This document shows, piece by piece, positions 29,544-39,640 of a stretch of DNA of 63,496 nucleotides (position 1 is the stretch's first letter; each line of letters starts with the position of its first letter). The stretch spans positions 1 through 63,496 of the IMG/VR virus record IMGVR_UViG_3300027813_002911; one strand, given 5' to 3'. The position numbers and the translations under genes were made by a program. The notes beneath the pieces were generated by a model that saw only the letters and a program-made list of their open reading frames with translations, did not search any database and was not told where the DNA came from. This DNA comes from a virus. Lineage: Duplodnaviria > Caudoviricetes.

Positions 29544-29835
29544 AGAACTCCTCTGGTCTTAATGCTTTATCATCTATGTAGTGTGTAGCATCGTGTTCCT
29601 TAAACCACAAATCGTGATACTTACAACCCCACTCTTCTAATTGGTATTCTGTAATTGGTCGGTAATGTTTTTCACCTCTACCACTCTTTAATCCTCTTGC
29701 AGTATAAAATACAATCGTATGACCTTCATCATATAATTTATTTATCTGTTTGATTCTATGTGTATAAGGTGTTCTTCCAATAACCTTTCCAACTTCTTCA
29801 CAAATCGTGCCATCTATATCTATAACATATTTCAT
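29524..29835 (-). CDS. Small HAD-family phosphatase (capsule biosynthesis type)
   Basis: DIDGTIC, YTARG, YIDDKA. Confidence 0.85.
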   Translation of the reverse strand: MKYVIDIDGTICEEVGKVIGRTPYTHRIKQINKLYDEGHTIVFYTARGLKSGRGEKHYRPITEYQLEEWGCKYHDLWFKEHDATHYIDDKALRPEEFFDDTEW

Positions 29836-29840
29836 TAATA

Positions 29841-29848
29841 ATAAATAT
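29841..29848 (-). promoter_or_regulatory. ATATTTAT motif, putative late promoter element
   Basis: Intergenic, 5 nt before ATG 29835. Confidence 0.45.
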
Positions 29849-30663
29849 CAATCACATTTATAAGTGTCTAATATTTCTTTATCCTCATCGTAAACATTTA
29901 ATTCTTTATTAATATAATCTATTTCAAGATAGTAGTTTGTGGCTGGATAATCTAAGAATACACCACTACCCCACTTATACCAAGATGTACACATTTTCAA
30001 TGTTAGTTTATCCTTAAATCTTGGAAAAAAAATTGGAAATCCGTATCCTAATTTACCAAGCATCCAAGCTCTATGTGAACCTCTATTAAAGATATCGGTA
30101 TTGTCTTGTAACTTAAATAATGGTGATATTAAACCATCGTTCTTAATACTTAAAAACCACTCTACACTAAAATTTGCTCTCCAAGAAAACTCTTCTGGTT
30201 TATTTGTTTTGTGTTTTTGTGGATGTCGTTTATCATACTCATCCCTTAATCCTAACCAATCCCCATCCCAATTAACTTCATCTAAAAATTTATTTAAAAT
30301 TGTAGTATCTGTATTGTGATTATATTGAGTTATATATTTTTTTAAAAACTTATTTGGTATTTCAATAAATGCATATGTTCCATTATGATATGCATCTTTA
30401 AACATAGTTTTATGTTGTATATCAAGTGTTATATTTAATTTCTCTTCTGAGTTTCTTGATTTGGGATGTGTAAATTGTATCTTAGTAAATTGGTATTTAT
30501 CCCCCCTATCTATCACATCAAGAACTTGATTTTCGTGTCCTAATTCCCATCCATCGTTTAATAACATATCCTTTGATTTATGTACTAATTTTAATAAATC
30601 AAGAAATTTAATTTCATCAAAAGATTTAAATTTTTTGTAATGTTCAAATTTAAGATTGTTCAT
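29848..30663 (-). CDS. Hypothetical protein, paralog of the ParB/Srx-like family
   Basis: FIEIP...SIKNDGLISPLF...RGSHRA...FPIFF. Confidence 0.55.
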   Translation of the reverse strand: MNNLKFEHYKKFKSFDEIKFLDLLKLVHKSKDMLLNDGWELGHENQVLDVIDRGDKYQFTKIQFTHPKSRNSEEKLNITLDIQHKTMFKDAYHNGTYAFIEIPNKFLKKYITQYNHNTDTTILNKFLDEVNWDGDWLGLRDEYDKRHPQKHKTNKPEEFSWRANFSVEWFLSIKNDGLISPLFKLQDNTDIFNRGSHRAWMLGKLGYGFPIFFPRFKDKLTLKMCTSWYKWGSGVFLDYPATNYYLEIDYINKELNVYDEDKEILDTYKCD

Positions 30664-31309
30664 AATATCCTCGAACTATTTCAAAATCTGTTTCTGTATC
30701 TACATCTAACAATTCCTTTTCACTCCAATCTGTTATAAGTGGAAATGGATTATCTTTTGTGTTTGGAAATAATTCCCACTCCTTTAACATATAATTCTTT
30801 TCATAAAATACTAAAGAGTGTGTGGCGGAATAAACCCAAGGTCCAGCAGTTGTAGATAATCTATCATTAGGTTTAAAATTTATTGGATTGCGATGCTTAT
30901 CCCAAAAAAAGTTTCTTTCTTGTTGGACTGTAATCATACTCTTCATTCTACTTTCTTTAAAAACTCTTATACAATGATTTAACTTATCAACTTCTAAAAA
31001 TGGTTGACATGGATTATAGTTTACAATAAATTCTGATTCTACATTTTCTAAATGTTTATACATTACCGAATGATGACAATTACCTGGTGCAATTGATTCA
31101 TAATCTCTATGTAGTATTTGTACACCATCAATTACTTTATCTTTTAATTCTTTATCATAAACTGCTAAATACTTTTCATCAACATCTAACTTACTTAGAT
31201 TTTCCAATGCAATATCAATCAATGTTGTATTCCCCAATGGTCGTAGATGTTTATTTGGACATCTTGTACTTGTTTTTCTTGCGTGTATAATTCCTGCTAG
31301 TGTTTTCAT
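30650..31309 (-). CDS. neuA: CMP-nonulosonate synthetase-like cytidylyltransferase
   Basis: ARKTSTRCPNKHLRPLG, PCQPF, DVDTETDF. Confidence 0.8.
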   Translation of the reverse strand: MKTLAGIIHARKTSTRCPNKHLRPLGNTTLIDIALENLSKLDVDEKYLAVYDKELKDKVIDGVQILHRDYESIAPGNCHHSVMYKHLENVESEFIVNYNPCQPFLEVDKLNHCIRVFKESRMKSMITVQQERNFFWDKHRNPINFKPNDRLSTTAGPWVYSATHSLVFYEKNYMLKEWELFPNTKDNPFPLITDWSEKELLDVDTETDFEIVRGYYEQS

Positions 31310-31863
31310 AAGTTTATCCAATATTTACTTTTTTTTAATCCTTTAGAAAATGCTTCTTTAAATTTAGATGTAATTATTTCTACATCCTTTAACTCTTCCA
31401 TCAACTCAACTTTTCTATCTTTTTCTTTTGCTGTATTGTAATATGGTATTTCAATATCCCATCCTAAGTATTTTGGTATGTGAGTAGATAATTTTTTCAA
31501 ATCAAAAAATTTTACTTTTGCACCAGTCCAATTTTCGTTAAATATAATATCAGTTATGAAAAATCTCATTACATCGTTTTGAAAATAATCTAACTTTGGA
31601 TAGAAAGGTTTAGTTACATCTATATCCTCTCCCCACTCTAATAACTCACTCCATGCCCTTTCCTTCTCTGTTCTAATAGGTATTAGTATTTGTAAATCAC
31701 TATCATTCCAATCTATAAAATTGTCTACATTCCAATCCAGTCCTTGTTGTTCTCTAAGTTGGAATCCATCGTATCTTAAATAAATTTGTTTTATTGATTG
31801 GCTACCATTCTTTGCAACTCCAACCAATATAGATTTATCTTTTTTTAAATATCGTGTACTCAT
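31306..31863 (-). CDS. Sulfotransferase-like protein
   Basis: VAKNGSQSI resembles the 5'-PSB loop; R...ERAWS. Confidence 0.5.
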   Translation of the reverse strand: MSTRYLKKDKSILVGVAKNGSQSIKQIYLRYDGFQLREQQGLDWNVDNFIDWNDSDLQILIPIRTEKERAWSELLEWGEDIDVTKPFYPKLDYFQNDVMRFFITDIIFNENWTGAKVKFFDLKKLSTHIPKYLGWDIEIPYYNTAKEKDRKVELMEELKDVEIITSKFKEAFSKGLKKSKYWINL

Positions 31864-32666
31864 ACTAATTTTTTTCCCTCTCTATAAAACTTCAAAGATT
31901 TTTTATCTAAATTTATTCTCATAGTTATATTCTTCTCATCAAAATTTTCTGCTAACTCAACTTCCCATTTTCTTTTATTTTTTGGGTGTTGTAGAATAAA
32001 AGGAACATTACTTTTAGTATGAGCAAGAAATAATGCTCTATGTGTTCCTCTACTAAATGCGTGTGTTCTACTATTAAACATTATAGGATAGATTAAACCA
32101 TTTTCTTTTATTGAAATGTATTGACCAACATCTAAATCTAATCTCCAAGCCGGGTCAGCCCAATCTCCAAAATAATCAATATACTTTCCAACATTTTTAT
32201 ATTTCGTATCATATTCATCAACTAAATTTAAAACCACATCTCGTGATAAATCCGTAGTATCAACTTCAGTCATAAACTCTCTAAAATAAGTTACATCACG
32301 ATTCGAATGAACTGCAGTTTGGTATTTATTAAACAACCAACTTGGTATTTCTAAATAGATAAAATCTTTCCATGATTTATTTAACCCTACCATATCCATA
32401 GATACTACATCTGCTTTTGCCTGTGTAACTTTATCCCCATATGGATTAATATTATAATATCGTGGATTATATCCCAACCAAAATCCTTCATGGTCAACTT
32501 CTTCTACATCTGAATTAACTGGTCGTTCATTCTCCCCACCAAGTTTTTCTTTACCACTCTGCTCTAATAAAGATTGATTTTTTAAATATAAATCTATCAT
32601 ATCTTGATAAGAAACTATATCAAACGAATTTAAATGTTTAAATGTATTAAACCAATAATTAACCAT
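31860..32666 (-). CDS. Hypothetical protein, paralog of the ParB/Srx-like family
   Basis: YLEIP...SIKENGLIYPIMF...RGTHRA...VPFILQ; start moved to ATG 32666. Confidence 0.55.
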   Translation of the reverse strand: MVNYWFNTFKHLNSFDIVSYQDMIDLYLKNQSLLEQSGKEKLGGENERPVNSDVEEVDHEGFWLGYNPRYYNINPYGDKVTQAKADVVSMDMVGLNKSWKDFIYLEIPSWLFNKYQTAVHSNRDVTYFREFMTEVDTTDLSRDVVLNLVDEYDTKYKNVGKYIDYFGDWADPAWRLDLDVGQYISIKENGLIYPIMFNSRTHAFSRGTHRALFLAHTKSNVPFILQHPKNKRKWEVELAENFDEKNITMRINLDKKSLKFYREGKKLV

Positions 32667-33447
32667 TATATACCTTTTTGTAAAATTTATAAAGTTCGTC
32701 TGCAAAAAGTTTATGTCCCTCGATACTCGGGTGTCGTGGTGTTTGGTTGTATGGATTATAACCTGCTGTTTCTAATAAACCTTCATCATTAAAACTTTTT
32801 ACATATGAAAGAATAGTTTTTTTATTAAAGTTCCAATAATATTTTGTATCGATATGTTCATATTTTTCATTTACCATATAATCAAATGCATCAATCATAA
32901 TATATTTAACTTTTTTATATTCTAAATATTTTTGTAAAAAAACTATTAAATTATAATTAAACAATTCATAGTATTTGTTATCAAACATTTCCGTAAGGTA
33001 AAACGAATAGTAATCTTGAAAAAAGTTTTCAAGATTATTTTCAGATTTTTTCTTTTTTTTATATAGATGTAATACATTTTTATTTGGTATTAAACTTCCC
33101 GTAAATAACTTTGGAAAAAATGGTAGTGGATTTCTAAGTGAAGAAGTAAACCCTACAAAAACTATATCACCTTGTTTAAAATTTTTATCAAATTCAAATA
33201 TTGAATTTAAGATATCAACATTGGAACAACCAGATATTGCTGAAGTTTGATATCCTATACCAACCTTACTAGCAAACTGGCCGGTGTATGAATTTTTAGT
33301 TCTAAAAATTTTTACTTTACTTCGTTGAGTATTTTTTTCATCATCCGTCATAACATCCCATCTTGGATGTTCACTTAATTGAGATTCTTCCCATTCTCTA
33401 TCAACACCCAATCCTGCAGTAAAACTATCGCCAAATGAATATATCAT
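32659..33447 (-). CDS. SGNH/GDSL-like protein
   Basis: FGDSFTAG, SGCSN, HPSIEGH. Confidence 0.7.
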   Translation of the reverse strand: MIYSFGDSFTAGLGVDREWEESQLSEHPRWDVMTDDEKNTQRSKVKIFRTKNSYTGQFASKVGIGYQTSAISGCSNVDILNSIFEFDKNFKQGDIVFVGFTSSLRNPLPFFPKLFTGSLIPNKNVLHLYKKKKKSENNLENFFQDYYSFYLTEMFDNKYYELFNYNLIVFLQKYLEYKKVKYIMIDAFDYMVNEKYEHIDTKYYWNFNKKTILSYVKSFNDEGLLETAGYNPYNQTPRHPSIEGHKLFADELYKFYKKVYNG

Positions 33448-34301
33448 AATTCAACCTTTCTACAATATGCTTCGAAATCTAATTTAGGCCAATTTTTCCA
33501 ACTAAAACTATCATAACTATTCCAAACATCATTAATATCAAACTCTTTCCAATCATCTACTATATAGATAGGAAATGTTTTTGCAAATTCTTCCACTAAT
33601 ATACTTCGTTTACATATTGGAATGGTTTTCATATATAATGCTTCCCAAGTTCTATAACAATCAATACCATTTCCCTCTGGTGATATACAAAACTTATATT
33701 GTTTTAATTCTTGAAGATATGATTTATAATCGTTGTTTTCTTGAAATGGTATTTCTTCTTTAACAACCATATCATAACAATCACTTCTTCTTTCATATCG
33801 TACACCATTTCCCTTAGTAAAGTTTGCATAGATATAATATGGATTTATGTCTGAATATCCCTCGTTTATTACTTCATCCATTATTTTAGAATCGCCCCAT
33901 TCCCAAAAGCTATTCGCGATTCCAATAGGAAGTGGTTTAACTTGTGGATGAGTTACATTCATATTCTGTGTGTATATTTTTTTACAATTTGGTATATCTA
34001 AATACTTTAATTGTTTTTCACAAAACTCATCATCTGAATTATGTAGTATTAATTTAAATGGATTTTTTAATTTCAATAACTTATCATATAATTTTGACTC
34101 AATTAATTTGGGTTTATTTGTATTTAGTAAAGAACTATTAACATAAACTAATTCAGAATTATCATAGTCTATAAAATCAAAATTGTCGATATCAATACTA
34201 TCCATATTAGATTCGAATGGTTTATGTTCAAGTTTACTTATTTGGGTATTACACAATTCTTGAAATTTTTCTCCTTTTATTACTTTCATATTATATTTCA
34301 T
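33444..34301 (-). CDS. Exostosin/GT47-like glycosyltransferase
   Basis: PLPIG, FCISPEGNGIDCYRTWEALY. Confidence 0.7.
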   Translation of the reverse strand: MKYNMKVIKGEKFQELCNTQISKLEHKPFESNMDSIDIDNFDFIDYDNSELVYVNSSLLNTNKPKLIESKLYDKLLKLKNPFKLILHNSDDEFCEKQLKYLDIPNCKKIYTQNMNVTHPQVKPLPIGIANSFWEWGDSKIMDEVINEGYSDINPYYIYANFTKGNGVRYERRSDCYDMVVKEEIPFQENNDYKSYLQELKQYKFCISPEGNGIDCYRTWEALYMKTIPICKRSILVEEFAKTFPIYIVDDWKEFDINDVWNSYDSFSWKNWPKLDFEAYCRKVEL

Positions 34302-34947
34302 ATTTTTTTTGTTGTAAAAACTCAGTTACTTTATTTTCGTAAAATTTTTTAGCTTCTTTATCAATCCAAGTTGTTTTATTATGCTCATCTATCAGATTAT
34401 CTTCAAATTTAATTTGTAAAAATTTTTCTAAATTAGTAACAATAGTAGAGTTTTGTTCTGATATATCTAACTCTAAAAATTGTTTGTCCGTATTTTTAAA
34501 TAATACATTAGCTTCCCATGTTACTTTTTTGTGCCAATACAATCTTAAAATATAATCTTCTTCCAAAGTATGAAATCTACTATCTAACCCTACTTTACCT
34601 GTTTTTCCATATTTATTCAATTTAAATTGTCTTGATATCAACCAATCTTTCATCGGTCTTGTTTGTAGAATATAATATGAATTTGGAAATGTTTGATTTA
34701 GAAAACGGATATTTGGCCAACAATCAAACATTTCGTTGCCATCTTCACTTCTAGCTATTCTATCATACCCATCGGTAAATACTTCTTTATTTTCAAATTC
34801 TTCTTTTGTGTGATAACGCCACCACTTTGGGGAGTCTTCACATTCATATCCGTTTTTTTGAAAAAAACGATAAAAAGTTGTTGTAGCGGTTTTGTTTAAT
34901 CCAATAAAAAATATTTTTTGGTCGGTTTGTAAATTTTTTATTTTCAT
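34291..34947 (-). CDS. Sulfotransferase-like protein
   Basis: IGLNKTATTT, R...WLIS. Confidence 0.7.
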   Translation of the reverse strand: MKIKNLQTDQKIFFIGLNKTATTTFYRFFQKNGYECEDSPKWWRYHTKEEFENKEVFTDGYDRIARSEDGNEMFDCWPNIRFLNQTFPNSYYILQTRPMKDWLISRQFKLNKYGKTGKVGLDSRFHTLEEDYILRLYWHKKVTWEANVLFKNTDKQFLELDISEQNSTIVTNLEKFLQIKFEDNLIDEHNKTTWIDKEAKKFYENKVTEFLQQKKYEI

Positions 34948-35822
34948 TAAATTACTCCTGCAAATTTTAAATATCCATTTAAATTTAGTTTCTTAAATGA
35001 ATCTCTATACTTTGTTACATCTGACGGTAAAATAAAATTATCTTTTACATTTAATGAAATTCCTATTCCTAACTCTTCTACTTTGTGTGCTAAGTGTTGT
35101 ATCTCAATTGAATCATCTTCATCCCATAATGCAACTATTGGTATTCTATGTGATACACAAGTAGTTATCATTCCTAAACCAGGTCTGATAACAAATATAG
35201 AATTATTTTTATGATTGATATTAAAGCTAAAATCAACATCATCTTGGTATTCATTTCTTATCTCTAAAAATTTTTCTGTATATCGTTCTGTATAATTTAA
35301 AGATGGTGTTATACAAACAATTCTATTCAGATTAAAATCATCTATACTATTATCTTTACATCCCCAACCTATATCAACTTTGTTTTGATATCTTTTCAAT
35401 TGTCCAAACACTACATCACCATTACAAACAACTCTTGGTTTTACATCATGAAATATCTCATCTTGCTTATCAGAAAAATCATTGTTACCATATTTTTCTC
35501 TCCATATATCACTCCACAAAAATGAACCACTAAGTAACGCATCAGGTCTGTATTTCAATATCTCTACTAAGTTATCTGTAATAACTTTATCGTATTTATC
35601 TAAATCTCCTACATTAAGTGAACCAATTTCCTTTCTATCCCATCGTATATTGGATGTTTCATAAAAAATAAAATTTAAGTTTGGTTGCTTAGGTTTAAAT
35701 CTATTGTACTGGTATCGTTCGCAATAGATATCCACCTCGTGATGAATAAAGTGTGCACAGACCTGCAAAATTCGATGGAAATGCCCATACCCGTTAGAAC
35801 AAACAAAGAATGCTATTTTCAT
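34947..35822 (-). CDS. GT-B glycosyltransferase (GT28-like)
   Basis: SNGYGHFHR, RPGLGMI...IP. Confidence 0.65.
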   Translation of the reverse strand: MKIAFFVCSNGYGHFHRILQVCAHFIHHEVDIYCERYQYNRFKPKQPNLNFIFYETSNIRWDRKEIGSLNVGDLDKYDKVITDNLVEILKYRPDALLSGSFLWSDIWREKYGNNDFSDKQDEIFHDVKPRVVCNGDVVFGQLKRYQNKVDIGWGCKDNSIDDFNLNRIVCITPSLNYTERYTEKFLEIRNEYQDDVDFSFNINHKNNSIFVIRPGLGMITTCVSHRIPIVALWDEDDSIEIQHLAHKVEELGIGISLNVKDNFILPSDVTKYRDSFKKLNLNGYLKFAGVI

Positions 35823-36637
35823 TTAGTGTAAAACTCCCTAAAGTACTTTTCCATTTTATTAAATTGTCGTACTTTAAATAAATCTAAATCTGTTGGGCAA
35901 CCAAGTTTTAATAAAGTAGGTTGAAAGTGTGACCTGTGAGATGAAGTTATTATTGGTGTTATCCCATAATCCCTACAATACTCATGCATTAAAACTCCAG
36001 GCCCAAGCTGTTGGGTACATAATGTTTCTTTATCAGGCAATCCCTCTTTATTATATCTACAATCAAGATTCTTTTGTCTGTACTGATACATATTACTCAT
36101 AATATCCATAGTGTACGAATTAGAATAAAATACACAATCATCTATATTGAACATTCCAAATTCATGTCCCATTTCTCCGCCGTGTGTAGAATACAAATGA
36201 TTATCCCACAATGGTGTTTCTAACCACGCAGTTCGTTTTGGATTAAAAACTACGTCTGGTCGTGATTTTATTACAATATCATATTCAAAATTATGTTTTA
36301 ATTCATATTTACGCTTCATCATTACTGATTGAGAAAAACTATAAAATAAAGCACTCCAATGGTCGTAATCATAAAACCAAGATTGTGGTTTTGTATCATA
36401 CATAGAATCTTTAACTTCATATGCATCACATATTTTCTGAAATTCTTCCTTATCAATATCTTTCCATTCATACTCGTGTGATACTCCTGCTCTATCAGCA
36501 CTATAACTCCAAGTGTGTATAAAATAATCTATTTCAGTTACACCATTTTGTTCTGCAGATTCCCAAAACCACTTCTGATTATCTACAGCCAACTCCCATT
36601 GTCTTAATTGACCACTTAATAAAACTGCCATTCTCAT
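35819..36637 (-). CDS. Putative glycosyltransferase (IAVxxxG...HTW...RPD family)
   Basis: AVLLSGQLR, FIHTW, YDIVIKSRPD. Confidence 0.6.
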   Translation of the reverse strand: MRMAVLLSGQLRQWELAVDNQKWFWESAEQNGVTEIDYFIHTWSYSADRAGVSHEYEWKDIDKEEFQKICDAYEVKDSMYDTKPQSWFYDYDHWSALFYSFSQSVMMKRKYELKHNFEYDIVIKSRPDVVFNPKRTAWLETPLWDNHLYSTHGGEMGHEFGMFNIDDCVFYSNSYTMDIMSNMYQYRQKNLDCRYNKEGLPDKETLCTQQLGPGVLMHEYCRDYGITPIITSSHRSHFQPTLLKLGCPTDLDLFKVRQFNKMEKYFREFYTK

Positions 36638-37407
36638 TTATCTAATTCCTTATAAATCCGTTCTGCTAATTTTTCTTGTGCTCTTGGTGATGGATGGCCA
36701 TTACAAAATTGTCTACCATAGGGTGGTTTAGGGCTTCTATATTTAACACTATCTTTAAAGTTATTATTATCTACCTCTTGCATTTCATATCGTAAATACC
36801 TATACCACGAATCAATCTCAGGCTTTTTAAATGAAACGTAATTTATCTTATCTTTGATATCACCCAAACTATCTTCTAAAGAATTAAATATATAATAATC
36901 AATATTATTTCCTTTAAGATAATAATGTAACATCATAACATTTCTTTGTAATTTACTATCTTCTTGTTCTTGATTATAAATCCATTTAATATAATACTTT
37001 TGCCATTTTCTTAATTCGTTAACATCACCAAGACCACTTGTTATACTTTCATTTACTTTAGTTAATGCTGTATCATCATAAGAATTTATATGTGCAGGTT
37101 GTAAATCATACCATTTTTTTGTAAAACGATTTTGAACTGGATAACGAGCCGTACCACTTAGTCCAATAATCATTAATGTTTTTTTATTTTTATTATCTTC
37201 TACCCAATTATATATTCTACGAAACATACCATCGTTGGATGAACCTGTAGTTGCAAGATTTACTTCATTGCAATTTAATTTTTCAGATAAAAATATTGCC
37301 GGTCTCATTTTATGTTGACGGTTCAGTGCAAATCCATCTTCATCTGACACGGCATCACCATTCATAAAACTACAACCAACACCAACTATTGTATCATAAT
37401 TTTTCAT
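36634..37407 (-). CDS. SGNH/GDSL-like protein
   Basis: GCSFMNG, NLATTGSSN, GHPS. Confidence 0.7.
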   Translation of the reverse strand: MKNYDTIVGVGCSFMNGDAVSDEDGFALNRQHKMRPAIFLSEKLNCNEVNLATTGSSNDGMFRRIYNWVEDNKNKKTLMIIGLSGTARYPVQNRFTKKWYDLQPAHINSYDDTALTKVNESITSGLGDVNELRKWQKYYIKWIYNQEQEDSKLQRNVMMLHYYLKGNNIDYYIFNSLEDSLGDIKDKINYVSFKKPEIDSWYRYLRYEMQEVDNNNFKDSVKYRSPKPPYGRQFCNGHPSPRAQEKLAERIYKELDK

Positions 37408-37829
37408 ACATAATCTCCTATTCGTTTTAATGTTATTCTATGTCTCCTCAAATTAGCATACAACGAATGTTCGGTTCTACTAAAATTTGATAACAACCAC
37501 AATACAAAAGAACCACAATACATTATTCTTTCATCAACACTACATTTACTGGCGTGATTCGAATTAAGAAAATTATTAACATAAATACTATTATCATCTA
37601 ATGGTAGTTTTGATACTTTTTCTATCCAACTATCAGTTACTAATTTATTTAAAATAAAATTACCACTAAAAACTTCATCATTTTCAAGTTCATATTGTCT
37701 GATATTAAATGCAGATTTAGTTAGTGTATCCGTATGTATTGTATAATTTATAGGTAGTAGTTTCCACTTTGTTTTAAAATTACTAACTTTAATTATATTA
37801 AATTTATTATTTAACCAATTGTCGTTCAT
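37404..37829 (-). CDS. Hypothetical protein
   Basis: 141-aa ORF coupled to both neighbours. Confidence 0.55.
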   Translation of the reverse strand: MNDNWLNNKFNIIKVSNFKTKWKLLPINYTIHTDTLTKSAFNIRQYELENDEVFSGNFILNKLVTDSWIEKVSKLPLDDNSIYVNNFLNSNHASKCSVDERIMYCGSFVLWLLSNFSRTEHSLYANLRRHRITLKRIGDYV

Positions 37830-38379
37830 ACCTAAAGTCCTTTTGGTTTTGAGATTTGTTATCGTGTGATAATTTTGTTTTTGGTAATCCTATTTTATCA
37901 CAAACAAAATCAAAATCCTTTTGTAATGTTTCATACTTACCATAAAAATCTATATATGGTCTTTTATCCATTTGATTACTACACTTACCTTGTAAAAATT
38001 CTCGTTGTGTTGGTAGATGTATAAACTCCCCATAGTAATCCACCACACTTTGTAAATCTCCTGTTTTATCCTCTATTCGCGAAGTGTTATAATGCTCTTC
38101 ATATAACTTTTTCATATTTTTTACAGCATATTCAAAGTCGTGTTCATATAAAAAATCTCTATAACGATATTGTGAATATAATCTATCTATTGGGTCTCGC
38201 AAAAAAGTAAAAACAAAATACTCTTCCCATATTTTTGAATTAAATTCATCGTGATGAATTTTAAACCCCTCATAGTTAGATTTATCCTCACCCACTAAAT
38301 CACAAAGTGTTTTTCCTACTGACATTCCAGCACACTTTGGTATATGAATGAATATAAATTTATGTTTGTGATTAATCAT
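37807..38379 (-). CDS. Sulfotransferase family 2 protein
   Basis: FIFIHIPKCAGMS, RDPIDRLYSQY, GKYETLQKDF. Confidence 0.85.
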   Translation of the reverse strand: MINHKHKFIFIHIPKCAGMSVGKTLCDLVGEDKSNYEGFKIHHDEFNSKIWEEYFVFTFLRDPIDRLYSQYRYRDFLYEHDFEYAVKNMKKLYEEHYNTSRIEDKTGDLQSVVDYYGEFIHLPTQREFLQGKCSNQMDKRPYIDFYGKYETLQKDFDFVCDKIGLPKTKLSHDNKSQNQKDFRYERQLVK

Positions 38380-39640
38380 TATAAACCTTATTATATAACT
38401 CTGTCTCTATACTATAATTATCAATTAAATCCGTATTATGTTGTAAAATATTACTCATATCCAACAACATCTCAATCCATTTCTCATTAGTAAGTTTACT
38501 TAATTTTAAAGTTAAATCCATAATCATTTGCAATCTTTTCCAAGCAATTGGTTCATCATCATAACTCTCATCCCACCAATTTCCAAATGTTTTAAACCCA
38601 AGTTTCCTCATTCTCTCTAATGATTTATAAGGACCAAATTGTATAATTGGATGACCACTATAAATTGGATTAAAAGTAGAACTATGTAGATGACAACATT
38701 TTTCTGTATGTGGAAATGCACACATAACAATACTAACAAAAGTATTTTTATAATGCATAGGTTGGAATGGTAAATCTGCATTAAATTGACCTACAGCATA
38801 ACCTGGGTTTCCGTGATTTGTTTTATCAGTTTTATCAATATCAAATGGCATCTTAGCAATCAACCCTTTAATATTTTTAATCGAAGTATATTTTTTAAAT
38901 GCTAAATTATATATTTCTTCTGTAAATTGTGGAAAACTAATTTTAAATTTTTTGTATAAATCCTCGTGTTCGATAAATAACATAAATAAATCTCGTTCTT
39001 CTCTATTGGTTCTATTAACTTTTAGAAAAGGTTTAATTTTTTTAATATGCTTTTCTTTATATTGTAGTTCTTGTTTTATATTAACTTTTCTCCGTAAGAA
39101 TTTATGTTTAACTAATCGCTTAACATCGTGAACATTCCACATGAATGAAATTACCTTTATCTTATCTGGTATTTCTAATTCTTTATGTGTATCCTCTGCT
39201 TCTAAATCATTTGTTATAAATACAATCTTATCGTGTGGTAATTGTAATCTATTAATACTGATATACAATGGTATTAATAATTCTTCGCCATCAATTCTAT
39301 GACCTTCTAATGTATTATCAAATATTAACCAACCATTACCATCTCGCACACCATCTAATACTTCTTTTGGAATTAAATTTATATGTTTTGACCATAACTT
39401 CTGATTGTGGTGAACGTGTACATAGTAACTAAACTCTGATTTAAAATCAAACTCTGCTCTTTTAACAATATCCAACCCCAACTCATCTGGTAAACTTGAA
39501 TGACTAAATAATGGTCTACAAATTGGAAACCCACGATTATCAATTTCATTTATTTCAGAGACATCCTTATATATATCTGCAATATCTGGTGGTGGGTCGT
39601 GTAAACTTACTTGATTAAATCTATCTATTAAAGCTATCAT
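38372..39640 (-). CDS. Putative GT-B-like glycosyltransferase
   Basis: C-terminal HPIIQFG...LGFKTFGNWWDESYD; start moved to ATG 39640 (GAGG SD). Confidence 0.5.
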   Translation of the reverse strand: MIALIDRFNQVSLHDPPPDIADIYKDVSEINEIDNRGFPICRPLFSHSSLPDELGLDIVKRAEFDFKSEFSYYVHVHHNQKLWSKHINLIPKEVLDGVRDGNGWLIFDNTLEGHRIDGEELLIPLYISINRLQLPHDKIVFITNDLEAEDTHKELEIPDKIKVISFMWNVHDVKRLVKHKFLRRKVNIKQELQYKEKHIKKIKPFLKVNRTNREERDLFMLFIEHEDLYKKFKISFPQFTEEIYNLAFKKYTSIKNIKGLIAKMPFDIDKTDKTNHGNPGYAVGQFNADLPFQPMHYKNTFVSIVMCAFPHTEKCCHLHSSTFNPIYSGHPIIQFGPYKSLERMRKLGFKTFGNWWDESYDDEPIAWKRLQMIMDLTLKLSKLTNEKWIEMLLDMSNILQHNTDLIDNYSIETELYNKVYND

